The notes under the pieces were generated by a model that searched no databases, was not told the origin of the DNA, and saw only the letters and a program-made list of their open reading frames with translations. A stretch of 64,000 nt of DNA from Hormiphora californensis (lineage: Eukaryota; Animalia; Ctenophora). Where the stretch lies: the NCBI GenBank assembly GCA_020137815.1, contig CM035359.1:434001-498000 (forward strand), written 5' to 3'. Made by a program: the position numbers and the translations under genes. Positions 42,401-64,000 of the stretch are shown here, piece after piece (position 1 is the stretch's first letter; each line of letters opens with the position of its first letter).

Positions 42401-44034
42401 GGTGTGTGTGTGTGTGTGTGTGTATGTGGGTGTGCGTGTCTAGGATCTAGCAACACAGTACAAGTGTTTTGATCTTTATTTGTTTAATTCTCGTTTAATT
42501 CTCGTTTAATTCTCTACTCACTGGGATGATCTGATCCTCAGTGGGGTGATCTGATCATGGGTGGGGTGATCTGATCCTCAATGGGATGATCTGATCATGG
42601 GTGGGGGGATCTGATCCTCAGTGGGGTGATCTAATCATGCATGTTGGGTGATGTGATCTGATCTTGATGACGACGATTTAGGGACCACCAAACATGCATG
42701 GGGGGGATCAAGTTTCACCCCTTTTCGCATTATATAGTAAGATTGGTAAGATAACACTTAAAAAAGACAAAACTTTACGGCTACCTTCCTGCTTTCAAAA
42801 GCGGTTTTACTCTCCTATGATCAATAAATTAGAGTCCTGAGCTAGTTAGTATAAATGTTCAAGAGTCCCTCGGTGCTTCTAACACCCTGTTTCCACGGAT
42901 TATGTAGTGAGTTCCAGGGGACTGCTTTGCCTTCTCCTTCAGTTCAATCACTAGCTGCTTCCGTTCTTTCCGCTCTTCTAAAGTTCTATCAGGAGAAATA
43001 AAAACTTTGCCGAACTTGTCGTTCCCTTTCAGCAGAGATTTCTTCGACAGGATCGACAATTGAGCGTCTCTGCTCCTCAGCACGACTTTTACAGGTCTTG
43101 CAGATGAGGACTGCTTTCCCAAGCGCTCGACCGATTTCATTTTCGGAGCCTCTTCAAGCTCAGTAAAAAGAGACTTTATTTGAGTTTCAATTTCAGCACT
43201 CTCTTCCAAGCCGTGGATGATAATATTACACCCACGGTCCTCAGAGGCAGCCACAATCGCTGACTGGATTTTCTTTGGCGCCAGAGCACTAGCGCATTCC
43301 TTCTCCAGGACAGAAGCAAAACTCTTAATTTCTTGCTGTGCTGTTGACTGCACAGCTGTTATCTCAACCTCCCTCTTCTCTAGTAACTGCCTCTGAATGT
43401 TCAGTAGTTCCTCTTGTGCTGCTACAAGGTTCCTTTGGGTTTTGATAAGCTCTTTACTATGACCTTTGAGCTCCTTCTCATATTGCTTCATCATCGTGGT
43501 TTCATATCCCATGTGTGACAGCTGTTCACCAACTGGGAAGCTCTGTTCAATGAGAATACGGCATGCACTCTCCACAAGGCCTATCAGCACTGACTTGTTC
43601 AATGCACTGAGTTTGTTCCTGGAGGGAACTTTCAGATCATCCCAGACTTCCACTATGTGTGGTCCATACTTCACTAGGCTAGGATCTGTTTCACCAAACC
43701 CTCCAGTTAGCGTTAATATCTCGCTTACCCACTCCACGGTTTGTTCTTGGCAGTATTGGATGTCATCCTCTTCTACGTCTGTTTCCCGCACGTAGATCCG
43801 CGTTTCTTCTTCGTTATCAGAGCTGCTTGCCATTTTCTTGCTGCCCTCTTGGGCTCTTACATAGACATTTGCTGAAACTCAATAAATAGTTTTACGTTGT
43901 AGTTGATGAAAGTTTGTTCAAATTAAAGACGATCCCCGGAGCAACTTACGGTGTTTAAATGAGCAATAGGGCCGTTTGCATGTTGAGTTTTCAGGACAGA
44001 CAATACCCTTGAAGAGCTTTCCTTGTTGGAACAT
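22718..44034 (-). CDS. REXO1: RNA exonuclease 1 homolog (REXO1-like, DEDDh), multi-exon
   Basis: Exon 1 at 43950-44034 encodes MFQQGKLFKGIVCPENSTCKRPYCSFKH and is phase-compatible with the large exon starting at 33712, which has apparent indel errors near 32300. Motifs KRVAH, GLDCEMVYTADGMELAR, LDYNTRYSG, ILVGHSLESDLHAL, VVDTS and GHDSTEDA. Confidence 0.88.
23940..24980 (-). repeat. REXO1 four-exon block, copy A
   Basis: Exons at about 24884-24971, 24589-24718, 24208-24381 and 24004-24078, paralogous to 28930-29945 including an intronic mini-MITE. Confidence 0.9.
25029..26142. repeat. 456-bp tandem repeat, ~2.4 near-identical copies
   Basis: attactcgttcgttacgttgc recurs at 25029, 25485 and 25941. 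Confidence 0.95.
26748..26814 (+). mobile_element. Helitron-like 3' terminus (two GC hairpins, CTAG|T)
   Basis: ccacccggcgaagccgggtgg and gcgcacccaatgggtgcg-ctagt; the 5' end was not located. Confidence 0.5.
27304..28626 (+). CDS. Penelope-type reverse transcriptase + GIY-YIG endonuclease (N-terminally truncated; frame open from ~27205)
   Basis: Motifs SFDMENMYPSIP, YRQITGIGTG, YVDD, ISFLDL and VVYRASCNLCNNGTYIGVTSRPLKHRIAEH. Confidence 0.92.
   Translation: MENMYPSIPTDDRAMDLVLHYVRNTPNIDLLGFNPEHIIQMLRFVTSHTYIQSGGNFYRQITGIGTGYHSSGAYAEIIVDHLYNRTLDVTPDEEKPLSLATYVDDSHSLWTKREHCDKFIEKLGNIWSSVKFTREEATEPAVGVSEISFLDLTVRTTNNGGETSLTWELFQKSTHSGSYLNYHSHCAEVIKLNIIRTETKRILNRCSTVDLAFPHLEKLRENLVNTGYPIKTVSLEIAKQLSTPTTSPAPPDDEKSNKIYIMKLPYTNEGALRKVKKAVKESGLPIRVVTSSGRTVASMVKNHYNNKEENSQNCECELHQHGIPCSTENVVYRASCNLCNNGTYIGVTSRPLKHRIAEHETHTRLGHVDCSAVAEHANEMHPELIYGQAGRREYDAFFNIFNFDIINKGRDPIDAYLRESRAITRLRPPLNKMCNNGFIF
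28830..28866 (+). ncRNA. Minimal type I hammerhead ribozyme (U3-A8 core variant)
   Basis: atta-TTGATAA-t-ggc-cgtaca-gcc-GAAA-cGTC-taat; located in the Penelope 3' region. Confidence 0.7.
28930..29945 (-). repeat. REXO1 four-exon block, copy B
   Basis: Exons at about 29849-29937, 29541-29672, 29169-29341 and 28984-29058, with open frames and intact splice sites. Confidence 0.9.
30707..31810 (-). repeat. 33-34-bp minisatellite (~32 copies) derived from a REXO1 acceptor plus exon start
   Basis: Minus-strand unit atctctaag|aaactttcccactttgacccc; the terminal copy ctcccag|gaactatcccactttgatccacct encodes ELSHFDPP. Confidence 0.9.
34534..38469 (+). CDS. LINE ORF1 (very long; hydrophobic N-terminus, SAP-like motif, coiled coil, C-terminal SGNH-esterase-like domain); first ATGs at 34564 and 34765
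   Basis: 1311-codon open frame directly upstream of and overlapping ORF2; heptad-rich region; CLLIHDG...PGLIIIHLGYAD resembles LINE ORF1 esterase blocks. Confidence 0.75.
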   Translation: MSQICQLLPIMSPISTLCSVKQEKLGGPTQKNFPEWDSNLPPSSPSARRAESLTAAPRRRREICDSVHYIGKHQTTIMKKLLGRRSSRNTSYVLIATFFLIIIGFDWKLTSRECSSITTSDELTGSEFLYFPTYHHQPSPSPSSNSANLTRTQLQFEANPPPANHTLRPNILVLLLLLTVLPGISFNLSWLGYGGAREADGALSSTLIGAEAIQEEQSPTTSNRLIKEDHGIDPTRTPQFRTPRRGSPYGRLNRRRTLSDPPQSLLSDSHLNPRVQTPPRSKLDSQGPLYDPRTNTLILFKCSGSDLEESLDAATLGGQISRDLMKRYGDSTLSSMCTLNLGTDCEYCPQIYKDLISVLLSKRRSIFPNIGGGEWNHLTITSTYSRENEVKFQSEEDVLTVLHIGMEQKVQYRSTKNIVELNMDTLSAVFVNPKHSSTVRPMKTSAGNTTLDFHYWIVPKHKSRTPHQDKNDKKANELKPPKTTTTLPADPICFVPTDQLPTQEKKRHDLTETTTQEDPSGPAHPNQSEIRTKGTDILPIPEISVSSEPVRSAPVEQFPKDDKDDLPPREDPTGSITPIETKGTEGLPTSIRSTPDNEMPKPVDDADRISSTDRKDAETSKYTASGEEDGAEDTKAPRVCMFESLLVNAASATNEKTAIKLLKICNICPSNFLPGNHALLKETLVKFCQNDEAPPKTVTEFLILSLRDQVVKPELQKLGITPGGNAYARKYQLVNFILEETDREVNLNTSYMKKRQTKRLKKILSTTNVDLNEEHNERRKDKRKVQTVNTKEEILRRYSSEKLTDSPTKNTPKMQDDYIKTPPRQAAPTTCPSKEEWASTGQILTLEKSILQLRSETDRNTACVDAILENEDTMGSEIDRIKRDSLQHPTTTKEISILKEVIESLKVAISNLQTTCSSQTDKINELSMSNKSLIEKTNTLQADNSKQSRTIEELTQKIEKLEQDQEDLNHPTKADQMRKAEELHQKNEALSSKTSAMEQEIANLKRTMSHQRGVNETGRPRQSGPDTPDQGENPTNEPEEARQTYRRPGAIGYNSHSHNSRFAGNITYSAHRGQASRNRNTTASTRQSQQQSADGGSTGRDNTGRNTRANIGQEKCLLIHDGTFNDFDKARFTKRYEVETVKCPTIGKATTDTTILGKIESYKPGLIIIHLGYADIHEGRESEEVIGECKALIRSACKKGKTCFSLPLVPQNTEHAEFRDKLQRFSDTMSDYITNYRRTKDGGDFQVFTSHPGPLNTHVKIQNELPEAKITTAYGKVLLWIKFRDSLDRMTGRLLPRRRANDNSTNNNHES
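34622..34742 (-). ncRNA. tRNA-derived Pol III-like unit (TATA, A box, B box, T7 terminator)
   Basis: TATATA at 34737-34742, TGGCGCAGCAGTTAG, GGTTCGAGTCC and TTTTTTT; the cloverleaf is degenerate. Confidence 0.55.
38435..42016 (+). CDS. LINE ORF2, APE endonuclease + reverse transcriptase, RTEX-like
   Basis: APE motifs WNIQ, CLQET, GDMNART, VDY, SDH; RT motifs NNYRAV, NQLGF, FVDYSKAFD, QGHPLSP, WADD, YCYLG; C-terminal SAHRFNIEVGR..CPIC..EDEEHVLLHC. Confidence 0.93.
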   Translation: MTTAQTTTMNRSILKNIPFEVLHWNIQDGSSVGGPKQDDPDFLEILQGKSIFCLQETKGSISIPGYLCYNKLRDKSRSGGVCTGIAREIATRWKAREVFTGHEDILAVNLSPHSSDRETPLLVINVYDSPSHSSYKRRNAGNQTSVMESLLSLLLNHQHTEILLCGDMNARTNTLNHDLVEISSEHEDFPRSHQTLKGRSRSSKDTRQADARGKQLIDLLASMNATLLNGNCVGDITGEYTCVKYNGSSVVDYTAVTTGLHAMIKSYQILDLNVFSDHRPCLTKLAYHGPQITEETLLADLDPAPSRYKLHTADDKKAFKTTLQGDACYAEAKAIKEVSCSSVNETMELNQRLVGVFKKAADITVPLKKENPNQKKSKRRKTIPKQPWFRHCLPSRKLVNRISQRAGRNPSGTITGQLFTTKKDHRRLVRNTKRRCIRELSQDIDDGNIDWKNLKKLKSFAPSENKLDAFDMKNFCKFFKKLYAKQPPPAAISGNEQAMCWESTCDKPIPEDLDKALNRDVTTEEVAAVTRRLKDGKAVAEDQIANEFLKASSTEVMEATANLFNQCLQNQCYPWKESLVTPLYKKGCRYDPNNYRAVAVASNLGKLFSGILLDRLLDFRSIEVPDLPNQLGFCKGAQTADHVLTLKTTIDKYVQQKSRLYTVFVDYSKAFDTVCREALLYKLYQYGVRGRFFGVLKDMYTGSSARIKLLGKLTETIEVNIGTEQGHPLSPELFKIYVHELSVRLNREAGSSSPSLAGKHISHLLWADDLVLMALNPASLQRLIDVLEEYCEEWGLSVNLKKTEVMVFNKSAVKLKESEGFIYKGQRIPSAKTYCYLGVTFTLNGSFKLNEAKLKQKALRAVFSIKKQIDFSAISPRTALKLFDSLVLPVASYCSQVWLPHTSWKSVFSKDSMDLKIIAKSPLERLHLSFCKMALGINTRASNVAVWGDCGRLPLTLALGNGALKYYNRIKDMENRDTHDTPTPLVVYALKEQEILELDWVTHVLAMSRLNKEDTFTTTWNRDRTTNKKMEFYNVVKTSFYQEEYLDLERDLSKWIARLRCSAHRFNIEVGRQQKYRESTRTEDTLIKKRACPICTTEDHLTFLLISQLPSHETITEDEEHVLLHCRGYDDIRKQHLSTNKPQLHAVRMRSLFKDHPWETAVFLRKANKIRHPAPTWNTAHVKTQPRQTIPSQ
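42061..42214 (+). repeat. 76-bp direct duplication in LINE 3' region, followed by (TG)n and ~20-bp repeats
   Basis: atgccggccccactggcgcc... at 42061 and 42137; (TG)n at about 42347-42434; gatctgatc repeats at about 42520-42665. Confidence 0.85.
42859..43833 (-). CDS. CR1/L2-type ORF1 protein (coiled coil + RRM + CTD), no ORF2
   Basis: Motifs NIIIHGLEES, RLGK..RPVKVVL and VFISPDRTLEER; intact 324 aa. Confidence 0.85.
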   Translation of the reverse strand: MASSSDNEEETRIYVRETDVEEDDIQYCQEQTVEWVSEILTLTGGFGETDPSLVKYGPHIVEVWDDLKVPSRNKLSALNKSVLIGLVESACRILIEQSFPVGEQLSHMGYETTMMKQYEKELKGHSKELIKTQRNLVAAQEELLNIQRQLLEKREVEITAVQSTAQQEIKSFASVLEKECASALAPKKIQSAIVAASEDRGCNIIIHGLEESAEIETQIKSLFTELEEAPKMKSVERLGKQSSSARPVKVVLRSRDAQLSILSKKSLLKGNDKFGKVFISPDRTLEERKERKQLVIELKEKAKQSPGTHYIIRGNRVLEAPRDS

Positions 44035-44931
44035 GCTATAAAGTGTTGGGATTATCAGAAATTTAATTCGCTTCTAGTTTTTTCTTACAAATGCGACATC
44101 CAACACCGATTGGCATCACTTTTAGGCAGCTGGCGTAGAGAAAGGGGGCAGCCATATGTTCTGGCATAGAGAAAAGCCGTAACCATATGTTCACCATTGT
44201 CCATTGACCATAAGGCTGTGAATTTTATTGGCAAACGTTGCTGGCCCCCGGGATAAGGCAGCGCTTTTCAATGAATTTTACAAAAACGCGGAAAATGTAA
44301 GGAAAAAGTTCAGAAAACTTGAAAGAAACAAAAGTTTGGAATTTCAACTCATCAGCGACGTTGAAATTTATCAAACTTCATGCGCGCGCGCACTCATGAC
44401 GGCACAGCAAAAGGAGTGACTCCGCGGGTTCCTGCATTTGTTTGCAGTCGTGTCCGGTTCCTACAAATTTGTGGAGTTTCAGAGAAAAACCAGGTTAACA
44501 ACTGAAAACATTACAAACCATTAAATATACATAGCCCAAAATTATCAATCTGCAGAGGGGGATCTCGAAAAAAGAACGCTGTTAAACATCACTGGGGCTG
44601 CGATTGGATTTGGAAATAAATTCAGGAAATCTTTCTAAAATATTTGCACTAAAAGTACACACTGAAAGACCCTTGCTACCTCCGGAATATCTCCCAGCCG
44701 GGGGATCTTAATAGATGTACATGAGATGTACCTCTGACATGTCTCGGAGGGAGGTCGTTTAGTATGACATTACTCGATCATTCGCCCTTCAATAAAACTA
44801 TCGCTAACTTCTCATTCTCGCCAGTGATTCCAGTTCGTATTAAATTAAAGAGCCAAGCAATTACTATTTACATTTTAGATAAATTAACTAAATATTACTA
44901 AAATATCTCTCTCTGCTAAAGGGGTATACGC

Positions 44932-45039
44932 CAGGAACCGACCGACACAAGTAAACAACCAATCAGAACTCATTATTTAGGTCACGTGACTGGTTATCAG
45001 CCAATCAGGGACCAGTATTCCTGATTCGGTCGGTTCCTG
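44932..45039. mobile_element. 108-bp hAT-type MITE
   Basis: TIR CAGGAACCGACCGA; perfect 8-bp TSD gtatacgc at 44924-44931 and 45040-45047. Confidence 0.92.
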
Positions 45040-45745
45040 GTATACGCAATGATTGTGTCTGTTTTGGGGAATAGAAATTATATTTAAATTGTTCACACAT
45101 GTGATTTGTTAAGTAAGTAACCCCTTACTTAACAATTGATAATTTATACCGTATTATATCCCATTAGACGATAAATAATAACACTCTGATAAAGAACACT
45201 ATAATATTCCTATTATAGAATCCACTGTCTTCCTATTATACTGTTCATCATTGATTTATCAGAAATTAAAATACAGAGGAAGTACCGTCACTAAAGGATA
45301 AAGAGTTAAGAGTGGAGCCACACTGGAGGCCAGACCTGCCTCGATCTGAGTGCTGCAGTGACGTTTTGTAGAATTCAAAATTGGGTGGACAGATGTTGTT
45401 GTTGTGGTGCTGCGATTCGGACTATGCAGAGCATATCGCCTCAAACGCTCCAAGGAGTCTAACTCCCGGCCTAACCAAGTAGAACTTGGGAATTCCCTAT
45501 TATATGAATCTGGACAGATGTGAGGAAGTAACATTCAGTGTGTGGCGTGTTTCGAGGAAGAAACATACAGATAGTAAAGTGGGAGGAGCCCCAGTAAAAC
45601 AATAACATTATAGTGTCCGACTGACTTGAAATAGGGCTTCATATATCTGCTGAAAATAACCTCTGGTAAATTGACCTATTATAACCTCTTATCTAGCCCA
45701 TGTAGTGACCTAAACCACTACAAAACCGACTCTTTTTCTCCACCC

Positions 45746-46448
45746 GGGGGGGATCCCATGGTATACTTTGGTATACTTTGGTATACTTTGGTATATGGAA
45801 AATCCCAAAAAATTATGTGGAAAGTACCAAAGTATACCAAAGTATACCATATCTTTTTAATAGCTTTACGTACTTTAAAGTGTTAATTTACAACAGTTAA
45901 GGCTTTAAAACATTTTATATAAACTTTCTTAACTCATAAAATTGGACAATGGTGCTAAATAGGCTAAATTCATAGAATCGAGGGAAAATATTACCTATAA
46001 AATGGTGAGTCAGAAAACTGGGGTTTGACAAATTGGGACCCATTTGAGTATGATAAAAAAACTTTTAAAAAGTCAAGAAAATGTTCAAATAGTATTTGGT
46101 AAAGTCTCCAAAAATTTTTCAAAAATTGCCTTCACCGGGAATCGAACCCTGAGTGGCAAGCCTTGAGCACTAGCCGGATGATGTAACAAAAACGTAAAAA
46201 TCGGTTTAATAAGCGTTATATTACCAACTTATAACGAAATAAGGATGTAGTTTTACAAATTTAGTCATTTATGTTAACTTATCGCTTAAATTTTACCTTT
46301 TTCAAAATTTTTATGGTATACTTTGGTATACCTTGGTATACTTTGGTATACTTTGGTATACTTTGGTATACTTTGGTATATGGAAAATCGCTGAAAAAGT
46401 TGTGGAAAGTGCCAAAGTATACCAAAGTATACCATGGGATCCCCCCCC
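45746..46448. mobile_element. MITE with G-run TIRs, 8-bp TSD and 10-bp subterminal repeats
   Basis: Ends Gn-atcccatggtatactttgg and ccaaagtataccatgggat-Cn; TSD ctccaccc; internal tRNA-like B box on the minus strand near 46128-46150. Confidence 0.85.
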
Positions 46449-46520
46449 CTCCACCCTCTCTTTCAGTCACACAACACCATATATGGGCATCACGTGATAA
46501 CCCCTCTAAGTCTACATTTG

Positions 46521-62278
<15,758 letters not shown>

Positions 62279-63134
62279 TTGTCCACAGGGAAAACAACCA
62301 ACAACACGACCTACAAATAACGTCGCTGTGTAGTGTGTTCATGATACAATAAAAAGTATTCACAATTCAAAATAATGTTATATATTTCGTTCGTATAATT
62401 TAAACCAAATGCAATAAAGGTTGGCGTTTACTGTCAGTATCTCACCTCAATCTCCACACTGTCTCATCTCCAACACATCCTTCTCTAAAAACACAATAAT
62501 TTTATATAAATGTCGACAAACTCAATAAATAATGATCCTTTTTTTAGAACAGTTCAGCCAAAGCGGGCCTAAGTCATAAAGATTTGGTCGTGGGACAACC
62601 AAGACACAAGGTCTGAATCACTAATCCCATACTTGAAACTGTGAACTGCAAGTTTTAGCAGTTACCAGTGAAGCCTAAAAAGACTAACAATTAGGTAGAA
62701 TACGAAAATCATCACGCAGGGATTGGGCACGACTATAATCTGGGTGCCTCTAACCATGTTGCAAGCCTGTCAAAAGAGTATACTTTTTCAAAAGGCTGCA
62801 GCCACGCAACCACATGACCACAATCCACATTTCAAGGATAATGTTGTAATTATGCACTGAACTGCTGTAGACATCACCCACTCACTTCATACACACACAA
62901 CACCCACACACATGACCAAGCCTGTACGACAGGTTATTGATCACCGGCTGTATTACAGCACGAGAGAGCCGTCACTAGTATCGTGCAGAGATCCGAAGAT
63001 CATGATAACAATTAATATGACGTGATCAACTGCTATAGCCCAACTGTTCATCCTGAGAATTCTGATACAAAGATATTATTTGCCGTACTGATATATGAGG
63101 TAACTCCAACCCCCCAGTTTCATCTCCTTGTTTA

Positions 63135-63344
63135 ACATTGGGAGTTACCAAGGGAATCCACTGGGTTCGATTAATCTAGGCACATACCCACAGTACTATT
63201 CGAATTGGCGTATCTTTATATCAGGAATCTCGGATAGCAACAATCCGAGATTCCTGATATAAAGATACGCCAATTCGAATAGTACTGTGGGTATGTGCCT
63301 AGATTAATCGAACCCAGTGGATTCCCTTGGTAACTCCAAATGTT
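63135..63344. repeat. Near-perfect ~100-bp-arm palindrome with 7-nt loop
   Basis: ggagttaccaagggaatcc...atctcggat-agcaaca-atccgagat...ggattcccttggtaactcc. Confidence 0.92.
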
Positions 63345-64000
63345 CATAAACATTCATAAACATTCATAAAATAGATTAAGTTAGGTACACAAAGTTTCAG
63401 CTCAGCAAAAGCTAACACTCAGAAGACAATACGTCAGCGATTTATATGTGCAGTCAAGTCACGATTAAAAGCAAAATAACTTCATGAATCGCTCATCTCT
63501 CTAAAAACACTTGGGTCATTCCTCCAATCGAAAAGGGAGTTACTATGCTCCACACGATAACCGCGAACAGGTGGCTGATCAGGGATAGTGGATAAGTAGG
63601 ATCCAAGGGACTGCTTCAGCTCGAGAAGTGAGATAGATCCTCTCACTGCACGGGGCAAGGAGTTCCAAATCTGGGCTCCTCTTACACCGAAAGATGCATC
63701 ATATGGGCCAGAGATGGTTTTGGCTGCGAGGTAATTATAACGGGGAATCACTGCCCTAATACCAAGACGGGGGTGCTCATTGAACAATAGCCCAGTACTG
63801 TTAGGTGCAACCTTATGGAGAACCTTCCAGACGTGGATAATCATGTAACGCTCACGTCTTCGTTGAAGAGACAGCAAATTCAGATGCTTTAATCTGTCCC
63901 AGTAGCCCATACCAGAACAGCTTTTAATCCTACGGGTAAAGTATCTCTGGGTTTCCTCAACTAATCCAATGTCTGACTTTTTAGTAGGACTCCAAAGTGG
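63341..64000 (-). mobile_element. CR1-clade LINE 3' end (ORF2 C-terminus to 63482, 3' UTR, (TTTATGAATG)n tail)
   Basis: PLWSP..VEETQRYFTRRI..YWDRLKHLNLLSLQRRRER..WNSLP; tandem tail at about 63341-63370. Confidence 0.85.

Larger units (their letters stand above)
33884..42742 (-). mobile_element. Helitron-ended element (8.86 kb) containing a full-length LINE
   Basis: Minus-strand 5' end A|TCTTACTATATAATGCGAAAAG at 42742; 3' hairpin TTCGGCC-GAA-GGCCGAA (33897-33913) 9 nt before CTAG|T at 33884. No TSD and no Rep/helicase ORF. Confidence 0.7.
33836..43860 (-). mobile_element. Putative ORF1-only non-LTR retroelement (~1.17 kb once the Helitron is removed) with (GAT)n tail
   Basis: Short 5' UTR, ORF 43833-42859, and a 3' UTR that resumes at 33883 as tatgctataaagcgggatattaaatgtttatt(gat)5. 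Confidence 0.55.

Noticed and set aside
43861-43871. 11-nt microexon (cag|caaatgtctat|gtaag) in REXO1
   Set aside because: Inclusion shifts the frame relative to the exon at 33712 and reaches a stop within ~35 codons.
45259-45534. 91-aa minus-strand ORF as the last kinase exon
   Set aside because: The kinase already terminates in a KA1-like exon at 46521, and no homology is recognisable.

Overview
Intron-rich, repeat-dense animal genomic DNA. It is probably a cydippid ctenophore, inferred from a recognisable 108-bp hAT MITE family and TA-flanked CAGTCGGACCCCG MITEs. Host genes on the + strand: 3' part of MED17, an MRPL44-like gene with two F-type-lectin (F5/8) genes nested in one intron, and EIF2B3. 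Host genes on the - strand: a REXO1-like exonuclease (22.7-44.0 kb) and a MARK/PAR-1-like kinase (46.5-62.3 kb). Mobile DNA includes a full-length RTEX-like LINE, a Penelope element with a hammerhead ribozyme, a CR1 3' fragment, Helitron/Helentron-type elements and many MITEs. The most unusual observations are: (1) at least ten tandem arrays whose unit spans a real splice junction; (2) three-level nesting in REXO1 intron 1, where an ORF1-only retroelement is split by a Helitron that carries an intact LINE and a Pol III-like unit, and REXO1 exon 1 can splice in frame to that ORF1; (3) U6 snRNA 5' halves inside lectin introns; (4) a duplicated four-exon REXO1 cassette with largely synonymous divergence. 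Several apparent frameshifts and the 56.5-61.3 kb region look like consensus errors. All gene models were read by eye and all homologies are from memory, not database searches.
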